Of a stretch of 64,000 bases of DNA, positions 1-8,296 are shown piece after piece (within the stretch, counting starts at the first letter, position 1; each line of letters begins with the position of its first letter). Location of the stretch: positions 3,665 to 67,664 of the forward strand of contig JAQGHQ010000390.1 of assembly GCA_028288765.1 (NCBI GenBank). Reading direction: 5' to 3'. The notes beneath the pieces were generated by a model that did no database searches, was not told where the DNA came from, and was given only the letters and a program-made list of their open reading frames with translations. This DNA is from Gemmataceae bacterium (lineage in GTDB: Bacteria > Planctomycetota > Planctomycetia > Gemmatales > Gemmataceae). The position numbers were made by a program, and so were the translations under genes.

Positions 1-1
1 C

Positions 2-238
2 GCCCGGGTCGAGGCGACGTTCGACAAGGAAATGCTGGAGATCGCTCTCCTCCGGGCGAAGGAGCGGGTCGCCCCGAACACCTGGGAGGCGTTCCGACTG
101 GCCGCCCTCGACGGGCAGGCCCCGCAGGACGTGGCCGACCGGCTCGGCGTCCGGGTGTCCCAGGTGTACCTCGCCAAACACCGGGTCCAGAAGCTCGTCC
201 AGGAGGAGATCCGGGCGATGGAAAGTGCTGAGTGCTGA
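2..238 (+). CDS. ECF RNA polymerase sigma factor, C-terminal fragment (5' end outside window), planctomycete STK-associated type
   Basis: Open frame from base 2: ARVEATFDKEMLEIALLRAKERVAPNTWEAFRLAALDGQAPQDVADRLGVRVSQVYLAKHRVQKLVQEE, a sigma region 4 HTH pattern. Directly upstream of a Ser/Thr kinase. Confidence 0.8.
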   Translation, partial: ARVEATFDKEMLEIALLRAKERVAPNTWEAFRLAALDGQAPQDVADRLGVRVSQVYLAKHRVQKLVQEEIRAMESAEC

Positions 239-242
239 GTGC

Positions 243-296
243 TGTAGGGTGGGCACTGCCCACCGTTTGCCCGTGGTGGGCGATGCCCACCCTACA
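243..296. repeat. GTAG-type REP-like inverted doublet
   Basis: tgtagggtgggca ... tgcccaccctaca terminal inverted repeats with internal hairpins. Second copy at 8053-8112. Confidence 0.8.
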
Positions 297-323
297 AAAC
301 CGAGTACCCGGTCGACGGATTTC

Positions 324-392
324 AGCCTGAAGGGGTGAAGACCGAGGATTTCGACCAACCACCTGCATAGCCCCGGGCAACGCCCCCGGGTT
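324..392. repeat. Degenerate palindromic repeat (cctgaagggg ... agccccgggcaacgccccc family)
   Basis: Similar motifs at 59707-59750 (ccggaagggg ... agcccagggcatcgccccgg) and 45602 (ggccctgaagggcc). Confidence 0.4.
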
Positions 393-413
393 CTCCCGCC
401 GGAAGCGCACGAT

Positions 414-3400
414 ATGCCGGCCTGCCCGTCCGACACCGACCTGACCGGCTTCCTGAACGAGTCCCTCCCGCCCGACCGGGCCGGCCCCGTCTCCTCGCAC
501 GTCGACGACTGCCCCAGCTGCCAGTCCCGGCTCGACAAGCTGACCGAGGCCACCGAGGCGCCCCGGTATCGGGACCTGTCGACCCTCACCCGGAGCGGCG
601 GGCCCGTCGCGGAAGAACCGCCCCCGGACGCGGTCACCCGCATCCCCGGCCAGGCCCTTCAGAACATCCGGGGCGGCGGGGGACTGCCGGCCGTCCCGGG
701 GTTCGATGTGGTCGCCGAACTCGGCCGCGGCGGGATGGGGGTGGTGTACAAGGCCCGACACCGGCGCCTGAACCGGCTCGTCGCCCTGAAGATGATCCTC
801 GGCGGCGGGGCGGCCGACCCGAAGACCGTCCAGCGGTTCCTCCTGGAGGCGGAAGTCCTCGCCCGGGTCCGGCACCCACAGGTGGTTCAGGTGTACGAGG
901 TGGACACCTACGAGGGGCTGGGCGGGGTGCCGGTCCCGTACCTGGCAATGGAGCTGTTGGAAGGTGGAACGCTGGGCCGCCGGCTGAAGGACGGCCCGCT
1001 CCCGCCCCGGGAGGCGGCCGAGCTGATGGAGGGCCTCGCCCGGGCCGTCCACGCCGCCCACCTCCAGGGGGTCGTCCACCGCGACCTGAAACCGGGGAAC
1101 ATCCTGTTCCCGAGCGCGGAGCTCGGAACGGGGAGCGCGGAATTAAAGCCCGGCCCGGCAGACGGCTCCGCTCCTTCTAGTTCCGCGCTCCGCGCTCCGC
1201 ACTCCGCGCTCTCACCGAAGGTGAGCGACTTCGGCCTGGCGAAGTTCATGCAGGACACCGGGTCCGACCTGACCCACTCCGGGCAGATCGTCGGGACGCC
1301 GGCGTACATGGCCCCGGAGCAGGCGTCCGGGGCCCGGACGCTCGGCCCGGGGGCGGACGTGTACGCGCTCGGGGCGATCCTGTACGAATGCCTGACCGGC
1401 CGCCGGCCGTTCGAGGGCGCGGAGCCGATAAGCGTCCTCCTCCGGGTCGTGAACGAGCCCCCGGTGGACGTCCGGACGGTCCGCCCGGGCACCCCCCGGG
1501 ACGTGGCCGCGGTCGCGATGAAGTGCCTGGAGAAAGACCCGAAGCGGCGGTACGCGAGTGCCGGGGAACTGGCCGACGACCTCCACCGATTCCTGACCAA
1601 CCGGCCGACCATCGCCCGGCCGGCGACCGGGTGGGAGCGGGCCCGGCTGTGGGTCAAGCGGAACACGGCCGAGGCCATCCTGCTCGCGGCGCTGGCCGTG
1701 GTCGTCGCCACCGCGTTCGTCGCCGTTGCCGGGCAGTGGGCCCGGGCCGAGGACAGGGCGGCCGCCGAACACCGCGCGATGGAACAGGCCGAGGCGGCCC
1801 GGACCGAGGTCCAGACCGCGCACCAGGGCGCCATGGCCGCCCTGGCCGAGGCCGGACGGCAGAAGACGGTGGCGGAGCTGCGGGAGGCCCGGCTCGGGTT
1901 CGCCCACGCCCGCGACTGGTGCGAGCAGGGGCAGGTGGAGCACGGGCTCGGCCAGTTCGTCCGCGCCCTGGAGCTGGCGGAGGCGAACGGGGACGCCGAC
2001 CTCGCCCGGGTGATCCGGACGAACCTGGCCGCGTGGGCCGCCGAGCTGCCCCCGCCCCGCAGGGCATTCCCGCACAAGGCCGAGCCGCGGCTCGGGGTGT
2101 TCACCCCGGACGGGAAGCAGCTGGTCACCGCCGGGCGGGAGTGCGGCCTGCACCTGTGGGATCCGAACACCGGGGCCCTCCTCCGGACCTACGAGACCAG
2201 CCTCCTCCTGGTCCGCCCCCTGTTCCCGACGTTCACCTTCTGGACCGCGGCCGTCAGTCCGGACGGGAAGACGATCGCGGCCGGCGGGTCGGACGGGCAG
2301 GTCTGGGTGTGGGACGTCGACCGCCCGGCCCCCCGGGCCGCGTTCACGGCGGCGACCGGCGAGGGGAACGTCTACTGCGTCGCGTTCGCCCCGGACGGCA
2401 CCCTGTGGGCGGTCGACGGGGAGGCGGGGGTGAAGCGGTGGGACCTCGCCGCCCGGCGGGCCGTCACCGAGCTCATGGCGGGCGGGCCCGGCGGCACGGT
2501 CGTGCAGGTCCTGGTCGTCTCCGCGGACGGGGGGCGGGTGTACACCGGCGACCGGGGCGGGCGGGTGCGCGAGTGGGACGTGGGGGCGAAGGCGGTCGCC
2601 CGCGAGTGGGAACTGACCGGCTGGATCAACGACCTCGCCCTGGCGCCGGACGGGAAGGAGCTCGCGGCCACCGGGACCGACGGGCTGTGCCACGTGTTCG
2701 ACCTGGGCACGGGCAAGGAGGTGTACCAGCTCAACCACGCCGGGGCGTACGGGGACGGGGTCGCCTTCCTCCCGGACGGGTCGGCCCTGCTGACGTCCGA
2801 CGGGGACGGGACGGTCCGGGCGTGGAACCGGGCCACCCGCCAGCCGGTCGGGGTCGCCGCCCGGTTCCGGGGGGAGGTGAACCGGCTCCGGGCCCGGCCC
2901 GGGACCGACCAGGTCGCCGTCCCGGCCGGGGACACCGTGTACCTGTATCGGGCGCTCCACTACCCGGGCCTGCTTCTTAACCCCGGGAACACGAGCTGGG
3001 TCAGGGGGGTGGACGTCAGCCCGGACGGAGGGCGGACCGCGGTCGCGGCCGGCGACCGGCTGACTGTGTACCACACCCGGACCGGGGCAGTGGTGGCGGC
3101 GGTCCCGGTGCCGCGCGGGACGATCGCCGTCCGGTTCGACCCTGTCCGCCCCCGGGTCCTCCGCGGGACCCGCGACTCCCTTGAGGCGGTGAGCCTGCCC
3201 GGGGGGGAATACCTGGTGGGTGACCCGGCGACGGTCGGGCGGGTGGCGGATATCGTGGTCACCCCGGATGGGGCGACCGTCCTGACTTGCTCCCCGGGCA
3301 CGGTGAGCCGGTGGGACGCGGCCGGGCTGAGGCTGGCCCAAACCCGGTCGGCCGGGCTCGGGATCCCGCCCGGGCAGTCGATCACCACCCTGGCGCTCCG

Positions 3401-3923
3401 CCCGGACGGCGGGGAGGCCCTGATCGCGTTCGGCACCAGGCTGAAGTTCCTCAACCCGAGGACGATGGAGATCGCCCGCGACGGGTGGGACGCGGAAGAG
3501 CAAGTGCTGGACGCCCGCTACACCCCGGACGGGAAGCGGATCCTGGCCGGCCTGCGGGACAGTACCGCCGAGCTCCTCGATGCGGCCGACGGGCGGCCGG
3601 TCCTGCCGCCACTGCACCACGCCCGGGCGGTGTCGGTGGTCGGGGTGAGCCCGGACGGGGCGGTCCTTCTGACCGGGAGCCGGGACGGGACCGGGCGGTT
3701 CTGGGACGCGGCCACCGGGCTGGCCCTTGGCCCGCCGCTGCGGCATCCCGGGCCGCTTTCCGTCGCGGTCTACTCGCCGGCCGGCGACCGGGTGGCGACC
3801 GGCACGTCGACCGGCCAGGCGTTCACCTGGAAGACGCCGCCCCCGCCCCTGGGCGGGTCGCTGGACGAGGTCCGGGCGAAGGTCCGGGAATGGACCGGCG
3901 AGACGGGCGCGGGCCGGCCGTAG
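414..3923 (+). CDS. Ser/Thr protein kinase with N-terminal HxxxCxxC zinc-finger, central hydrophobic segment and C-terminal WD40 repeats
   Basis: HVDDCPSC; GRGGMGVVY, VALK, HRDLKPGN, DFG, GTPAYMAPE, DVYALG kinase motifs; hydrophobic AILLAALAVVVATAFVAV; many WD40-like blades (FTPDGK...LWD). Confidence 0.95.
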   Translation: MPACPSDTDLTGFLNESLPPDRAGPVSSHVDDCPSCQSRLDKLTEATEAPRYRDLSTLTRSGGPVAEEPPPDAVTRIPGQALQNIRGGGGLPAVPGFDVVAELGRGGMGVVYKARHRRLNRLVALKMILGGGAADPKTVQRFLLEAEVLARVRHPQVVQVYEVDTYEGLGGVPVPYLAMELLEGGTLGRRLKDGPLPPREAAELMEGLARAVHAAHLQGVVHRDLKPGNILFPSAELGTGSAELKPGPADGSAPSSSALRAPHSALSPKVSDFGLAKFMQDTGSDLTHSGQIVGTPAYMAPEQASGARTLGPGADVYALGAILYECLTGRRPFEGAEPISVLLRVVNEPPVDVRTVRPGTPRDVAAVAMKCLEKDPKRRYASAGELADDLHRFLTNRPTIARPATGWERARLWVKRNTAEAILLAALAVVVATAFVAVAGQWARAEDRAAAEHRAMEQAEAARTEVQTAHQGAMAALAEAGRQKTVAELREARLGFAHARDWCEQGQVEHGLGQFVRALELAEANGDADLARVIRTNLAAWAAELPPPRRAFPHKAEPRLGVFTPDGKQLVTAGRECGLHLWDPNTGALLRTYETSLLLVRPLFPTFTFWTAAVSPDGKTIAAGGSDGQVWVWDVDRPAPRAAFTAATGEGNVYCVAFAPDGTLWAVDGEAGVKRWDLAARRAVTELMAGGPGGTVVQVLVVSADGGRVYTGDRGGRVREWDVGAKAVAREWELTGWINDLALAPDGKELAATGTDGLCHVFDLGTGKEVYQLNHAGAYGDGVAFLPDGSALLTSDGDGTVRAWNRATRQPVGVAARFRGEVNRLRARPGTDQVAVPAGDTVYLYRALHYPGLLLNPGNTSWVRGVDVSPDGGRTAVAAGDRLTVYHTRTGAVVAAVPVPRGTIAVRFDPVRPRVLRGTRDSLEAVSLPGGEYLVGDPATVGRVADIVVTPDGATVLTCSPGTVSRWDAAGLRLAQTRSAGLGIPPGQSITTLALRPDGGEALIAFGTRLKFLNPRTMEIARDGWDAEEQVLDARYTPDGKRILAGLRDSTAELLDAADGRPVLPPLHHARAVSVVGVSPDGAVLLTGSRDGTGRFWDAATGLALGPPLRHPGPLSVAVYSPAGDRVATGTSTGQAFTWKTPPPPLGGSLDEVRAKVREWTGETGAGRP
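1112..1211. repeat. Heptamer-repeat palindrome inserted in frame in the kinase domain
   Basis: Left arm gagcgcggagctcggaacggggagcgcggaatt (1112-1144) pairs with right arm agttccgcgctccgcgctccgcactccgcgctc (1179-1211). It lies between HRDLKPGNIL and PKVSDFG. Confidence 0.75.
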
Positions 3924-4001
3924 GGGGGTGGGCAGACAACCGGGCGAACCCATGCCAGTAGTTCCCCGATGCACCTGATCGCAGCCAGGCCGCGATCGAA
4001 G

Positions 4002-4143
4002 AATCACCACAGAGTCACAGAGGGCACAGAGGAAAAATCAGCCGGATAAACGAATTATTTGACTCGATTTAATTAGTACGTCTCTTCCTCTGTGCCCTCT
4101 GTGCCCTCTGTGCCCTCTGTGCCCTCTGCGACTCTGTGGTTAA
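4002..4143. repeat. caccac-type long hairpin repeat, copy 1
   Basis: aatcaccacagagtcacagagggcacagagg ... (ctctgtgcc)x4 ctctgcgactctgtggttaa, with an AT-rich loop. Confidence 0.85.
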
Positions 4144-4161
4144 CCCCGACTTTGAGTCACC

Positions 4162-6402
4162 ATGCGCACTCCCCCGTTCGCCGTCGCGCTCGTCGCCCTC
4201 TCCTGCGTCGCCGCCGACTTCAAGGACGTCAACCCGGCCGTCTTCGCGCCGGACGACCCGCGGGCCAAGGAGCTGCCGAAGATGGTCTGGAACGACGCCC
4301 AGCGGCGGATGCGGGAGGCGAACCTGCGCGAGTCGAGGGCGTTCGCGGCGGTCCAGACCCGCGAACAGTGGGAGGCCTACCGCGACGTCCGCATCAAGGC
4401 GCTGAAGGAGTCGCTCGGCACGTTCCCCGAAGTGCCCAGGGACATGCGGATCGTCGTCACGAAGAAGCTCGACGGCGACGGCTACCAGATTCACAACCTC
4501 GTCTACGAGACCCGTCCCGGGCTGTGGGTGTCGGCGAACCTGTACCTGCCGGCGAGGCCCGTCGAGAAGATGCCCGGCATCCTGATTTCGCACAGCCACC
4601 ACACCCCGAAGACGCACGGCGAGCTCCAGGACATGGGGATGACGTGGGCCCGCTCCGGGGTCGCCGTGCTGGTCCCCGACCACCTCGGCCACGGCGAGCG
4701 CCGGCAGCACGACTTCCGCACCGAGAAGGACTACCCGAAGCCGTTCCGCGTCTCGCGCCAGGACTACTACTTCCGGTACAACTCGAACCTCCAGCTCTCG
4801 GCCGCCGGCGACTCGCTGATGGGCTGGATGGTGTGGGACCTGATGCGCGGGGTGGACGTGCTTCTGAAGCAGCCGGGGGTCGACAAGGACCGCGTCATCC
4901 TGCTCGGGGCGGTGGCCGGGGGCGGCGACCCGGCCGGGGTCGCGGCCGCGCTCGACCCGCGGATCGCGTGCGTGGTGCCGTTCAACTTCAGCGGCTGGCA
5001 GCCGGAATCGAACGCCCCCCCGGATCCCGACCGCGACTTCGCCTGGTTCGGCGACGGCTACTGGGAGAGCACGCGGGGTCTACGCGGCGGGGCGGCCGGC
5101 GGGTTCGCCCACTACGTGATCGTCGGGAGCATCGCCCCGCGACGGCTGATCTACGCCCACGAGTTCAAGTGGGACCCGAAGATCGACCCGGCGTGGCCGC
5201 GGATGCAAAAGATCTACGGCTTCTACGACGCCAAGGACCGGCTGGCGTTCGCCCGCGGGAGCGGCAGCGTGAAGGGCACGCCGCCGGAGAGTACGCACTG
5301 CACGCACATCGGGGCGGTCCACCGGAAAATGATCTACCCGGCCCTGAAGACGTGGTTCGACATGCCAGTACCGGAGGAGTACAGCAAGCGGCGGACGGTG
5401 GATGAACTAACGTGCTGGACGGAGGAAGCGAAGGCGGAGCTGAAGCCGACGGAGTTGTACGACGTGCTCCCAGATCTCGCGGAGAAACGGTTTAAGAAGC
5501 GAGGCGCACGACTGTTCGAAATGCCGGTCGCGGATCGGAAGGTGGCGATACGGAAGGAGTGGGCGACACTCCTCGGGAACATCGAGCCGGCAGCCAACCC
5601 GAAATTGATCGAAGGGAAAACCGAGGCCGTCCCCGAGGGGAAACTCGCCCGGTTTGCGCTCGAGACCGAACCGGGCATCGTGGTGCCGTTCGTCCTCATA
5701 AACCCCACGGCCGCGAAGGCGAAAGCGCCGGTCGTGGTAATGGTGGCCCAGGGCGGGAAGGCGGGGTTCCTGAGGGAACGGGGCGACGCGATCGCGACCT
5801 TCCTGAAGGCGGGTGTGGCGGTCTGCCTGGTCGACGTGCGGGGCACGGGCGAAACACAACCCGGGGACGGGCCCCCGAGCTGGCGGAGTGCCCGGACCTC
5901 GATCTCGCAGACCGAACTCATCCTCGGCCGGACGGTCCTCGGGAATCAGCTCCGGGACCTGCGAGCGGTCATCCGCTGGCTGCGGGCCCGGCCGGACCTG
6001 GACGGGAGGAGAATCGCAATGTGGGGCGATTCGTTCGCCGAACCGAACTCAAACGACATGACGCCGTACGTCCCGCTCGACGCTCCGGATCTTCCGAAAT
6101 ACGCGGAACCCGGAGGGGCAATGCTCGCGGAGCTGGCCGTGGTTTACGAGGACGGGATCGAGTGGCTATACACCCGCGGTGGACTTGAAAAATTTCAGGG
6201 TGCATTCTGGGGTTTGGCGTATCTGTACGTGCCCCACGAATCAGTCATGCCTCGGGGTTCGTACTTCTGGCTCCTGGGAGCCGCTGGTGACATTGGTCTG
6301 TGCCTTGAGGCTCCGGTCGATGTTTGGAATCGCCAGAGCAGGAAGCCACGACCGCCGACCGAGAACGCTAGCAAGCTCGCCGAGGTGATGAACAGGAAGT
6401 GA
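4162..6402 (+). CDS. Secreted protein with two tandem alpha/beta-hydrolase (acetylxylan esterase-like) domains
   Basis: Signal peptide MRTPPFAVALVALSCVAA; VSANLYLP..PGILISHSH, DHLGHGER, WDLMRGVDVL; second domain VCLVDVRGTGET...DLRAVIRWL...IAMWGDS. Confidence 0.8.
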   Translation: MRTPPFAVALVALSCVAADFKDVNPAVFAPDDPRAKELPKMVWNDAQRRMREANLRESRAFAAVQTREQWEAYRDVRIKALKESLGTFPEVPRDMRIVVTKKLDGDGYQIHNLVYETRPGLWVSANLYLPARPVEKMPGILISHSHHTPKTHGELQDMGMTWARSGVAVLVPDHLGHGERRQHDFRTEKDYPKPFRVSRQDYYFRYNSNLQLSAAGDSLMGWMVWDLMRGVDVLLKQPGVDKDRVILLGAVAGGGDPAGVAAALDPRIACVVPFNFSGWQPESNAPPDPDRDFAWFGDGYWESTRGLRGGAAGGFAHYVIVGSIAPRRLIYAHEFKWDPKIDPAWPRMQKIYGFYDAKDRLAFARGSGSVKGTPPESTHCTHIGAVHRKMIYPALKTWFDMPVPEEYSKRRTVDELTCWTEEAKAELKPTELYDVLPDLAEKRFKKRGARLFEMPVADRKVAIRKEWATLLGNIEPAANPKLIEGKTEAVPEGKLARFALETEPGIVVPFVLINPTAAKAKAPVVVMVAQGGKAGFLRERGDAIATFLKAGVAVCLVDVRGTGETQPGDGPPSWRSARTSISQTELILGRTVLGNQLRDLRAVIRWLRARPDLDGRRIAMWGDSFAEPNSNDMTPYVPLDAPDLPKYAEPGGAMLAELAVVYEDGIEWLYTRGGLEKFQGAFWGLAYLYVPHESVMPRGSYFWLLGAAGDIGLCLEAPVDVWNRQSRKPRPPTENASKLAEVMNRK

Positions 6403-6576
6403 CGCCGGAAATCCGCTGGATTGACTCCCGGCAGTCCCAACAGGTGATTGCCCCATGCGCCGGCTCCTGGGTCGTGGAATAGCTGATCGGGAAGTGACCG
6501 GCGTCCCGGGCGCCCCGCCCACCCGAGTCGGCACCGGCATCGATGTCCCGCGTCACGCGGGGCCCGCCCGTGTTGG

Positions 6577-7386
6577 TTACCCGGCGCGGGTGGCCAGGCC
6601 GAACCGTGCCGCGGGACGGGCGCGCGAGAGGTTGGGAACCAGCGCCTGGCGCGCGGCCTCAAACCTGTTCCAGTCGGCCGCGTCGGGCAGCGAGGGGATG
6701 GTGACGAGTTCGCCCGCCCTGTAGCCGGCAAGGGCGGCGTCGACCATGTCCTCGGCCGACATCACGATGCCTTCCGGCAGGTGCTTCACCGGCACGCCCG
6801 CCACGTCCCAGAAGTCCGTGGCCGTGGCGCCGGGCAGGACGGCCTGAATCCGAATGCCCTTGCCTCCCAGTTCGTGGTGCAGCGACAGAGAGAGAGCCAG
6901 GACGAAGGCCTTGGTGCCGCCGTACACGCCGTTGAGGGTCTCCGGCGAGACCGCCACGATCGAGGCGATGTTGATGATCGTACCGCGGCCGCGAGAAACG
7001 AACGCCGGAGCCGCGGCGTGAACGAGACGGGTCGGCGCGGTCACGTTGAGCGCGATCATCTCCTCCATCTTGTCGATGTCCGAATCCAGCAGCGGTGCGG
7101 TGGCGCCGAACCCGGCGTTGTTGACGAGGACGGTGATGCGGGGATCGGTTTTAAGCGTCGCCGCGACGCGGGCCAGATCGGCCTTGTCGGTGAGGTCGGC
7201 ACCCATCACCTCGACCGAGCGACCCGTCTCGATGTTGATACGATTGGCCAGTGCCTGCAGCCGCTCCCGGTTACGGGCGACGAGGATCAGATCGTGCCCG
7301 TCGCGTGCCAGGCGGTCGGCATAAACGGCGCCGATTCCCGAGGACGCTCCGGTGATGAGGGCCGTGCCTTCGAGTTTCTTCGACAT
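6577..7386 (-). CDS. Short-chain dehydrogenase/reductase (SDR)
   Basis: TGASSGIG, NNAGFG, YGGTK (YxxxK), PGAT. Confidence 0.95.
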   Translation of the reverse strand: MSKKLEGTALITGASSGIGAVYADRLARDGHDLILVARNRERLQALANRINIETGRSVEVMGADLTDKADLARVAATLKTDPRITVLVNNAGFGATAPLLDSDIDKMEEMIALNVTAPTRLVHAAAPAFVSRGRGTIINIASIVAVSPETLNGVYGGTKAFVLALSLSLHHELGGKGIRIQAVLPGATATDFWDVAGVPVKHLPEGIVMSAEDMVDAALAGYRAGELVTIPSLPDAADWNRFEAARQALVPNLSRARPAARFGLATRAG

Positions 7387-7407
7387 GACGTTCTCCCGGT
7401 TTTGACA

Positions 7408-7461
7408 GTTGCGAATTGCAACCGACGGGGTATACTGGAGGTGTGGTTGCGTCTTGCAACC
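7408..7461. promoter_or_regulatory. Two GTTGC-N5-GCAAC palindromes, putative operator of the HxlR regulator
   Basis: gttgc-gaatt-gcaac (7408-7422) and ggttgc-gtctt-gcaacc (7445-7461) in the divergent intergenic region. They flank a TATACT -10-like hexamer at 7431. Confidence 0.65.
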
Positions 7462-7508
7462 GAATTCAAAAAATCGGTCCCGCCTGCTCGTGAAGAGGGG
7501 TCAAGAGC

Positions 7509-7967
7509 ATGAAACGCAAGAGTTTGGAGAAAGACGAGTGCCCGATCGCCCGGTCCCTGGAAGCGGTCGGGGACGCCTGGTCCGTACTGATCGTGCGCCA
7601 GGCGTTCTTGGGCGAGCGGAGGTTCGGCGAGTTCCAGACGAGTCTTGGCGTCGCCAAGAACATCCTCACCGTCCGCCTGCGAAGGCTGGTCGCGCTCGGC
7701 GTACTCGAACAGATTCCTGCCACCGACGGGGGCCCGCATCACGAGTACGCGCTGACCGAGAAGGGCCGGGGCCTGTACTTGGTGCTGATGGCGCTCCGGC
7801 AGTGGGGGGAGGAGTGCGGCGGCGCCGCGGACCACGTGCTCGTGGATCGCCGGGACCGGAAGCCGGTCAAGCCGCTGACGTTTCACGCCCACGACGGGCG
7901 GGAGTTGGGTGCGGGGGACATGGAACTGGTCCCCGCGTCCGAAGTCGGAACGCGCCGCCGGTCCTGA
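7509..7967 (+). CDS. HxlR-family winged-helix transcriptional regulator
   Basis: CPIARSLEAVGDAWSVLIVR...RRFGEFQTSLGVAKNILTVRL...EYALTEKG. Confidence 0.93.
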   Translation: MKRKSLEKDECPIARSLEAVGDAWSVLIVRQAFLGERRFGEFQTSLGVAKNILTVRLRRLVALGVLEQIPATDGGPHHEYALTEKGRGLYLVLMALRQWGEECGGAADHVLVDRRDRKPVKPLTFHAHDGRELGAGDMELVPASEVGTRRRS

Positions 7968-8052
7968 TCGACTGGAGCGGCACGGACGCGTCTCCCTTCG
8001 GCCTGACCACAGGTCGGCCTTGGCTCAAGGTCCCGATTCCGGACGGTTCTTA

Positions 8053-8112
8053 TGTAGGGTGGGCACCGCCCACCTCTGGCCTCAGCTCTTGGCGGGCAGT
8101 GCCCACCCTACA
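8053..8112. repeat. GTAG-type REP-like inverted doublet, copy 2
   Basis: tgtagggtgggcaccgcccacc ... ggcgggcagtgcccaccctaca; same ends as 243-296. Confidence 0.8.
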
Positions 8113-8296
8113 AAGCTGCCCATCGTCTTTACACCCTGGCTCAAGGCCGCCAATCGAACGAGCGATCTCCGGGAAGTGATTGCTCCCCCCTTCGGGGTGT
8201 GGTACAAGCATAGTTGGCCCTCCTGCCTTATCACCGGGAACACCGAATCCCGGCTTGCCGAACCTGCCCGCCTGCCTGCCCCGCCGAGGACCGCCC

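Noticed and set aside
1212-4010. 932-aa antisense ORF, and the many similar long antisense or alternate-frame ORFs (e.g. 51995..54598, 23810..25783, 41167..43020)
   Set aside because: Expected in very GC-rich DNA where stop codons are rare; they mirror real genes and lack recognisable motifs.
7402-7436. TTGACA and TATACT as a perfect sigma-70 promoter
   Set aside because: Spacing is 23 nt, too long. TTGCGA at 7409 (16 nt) is possible but not strong enough to call separately.
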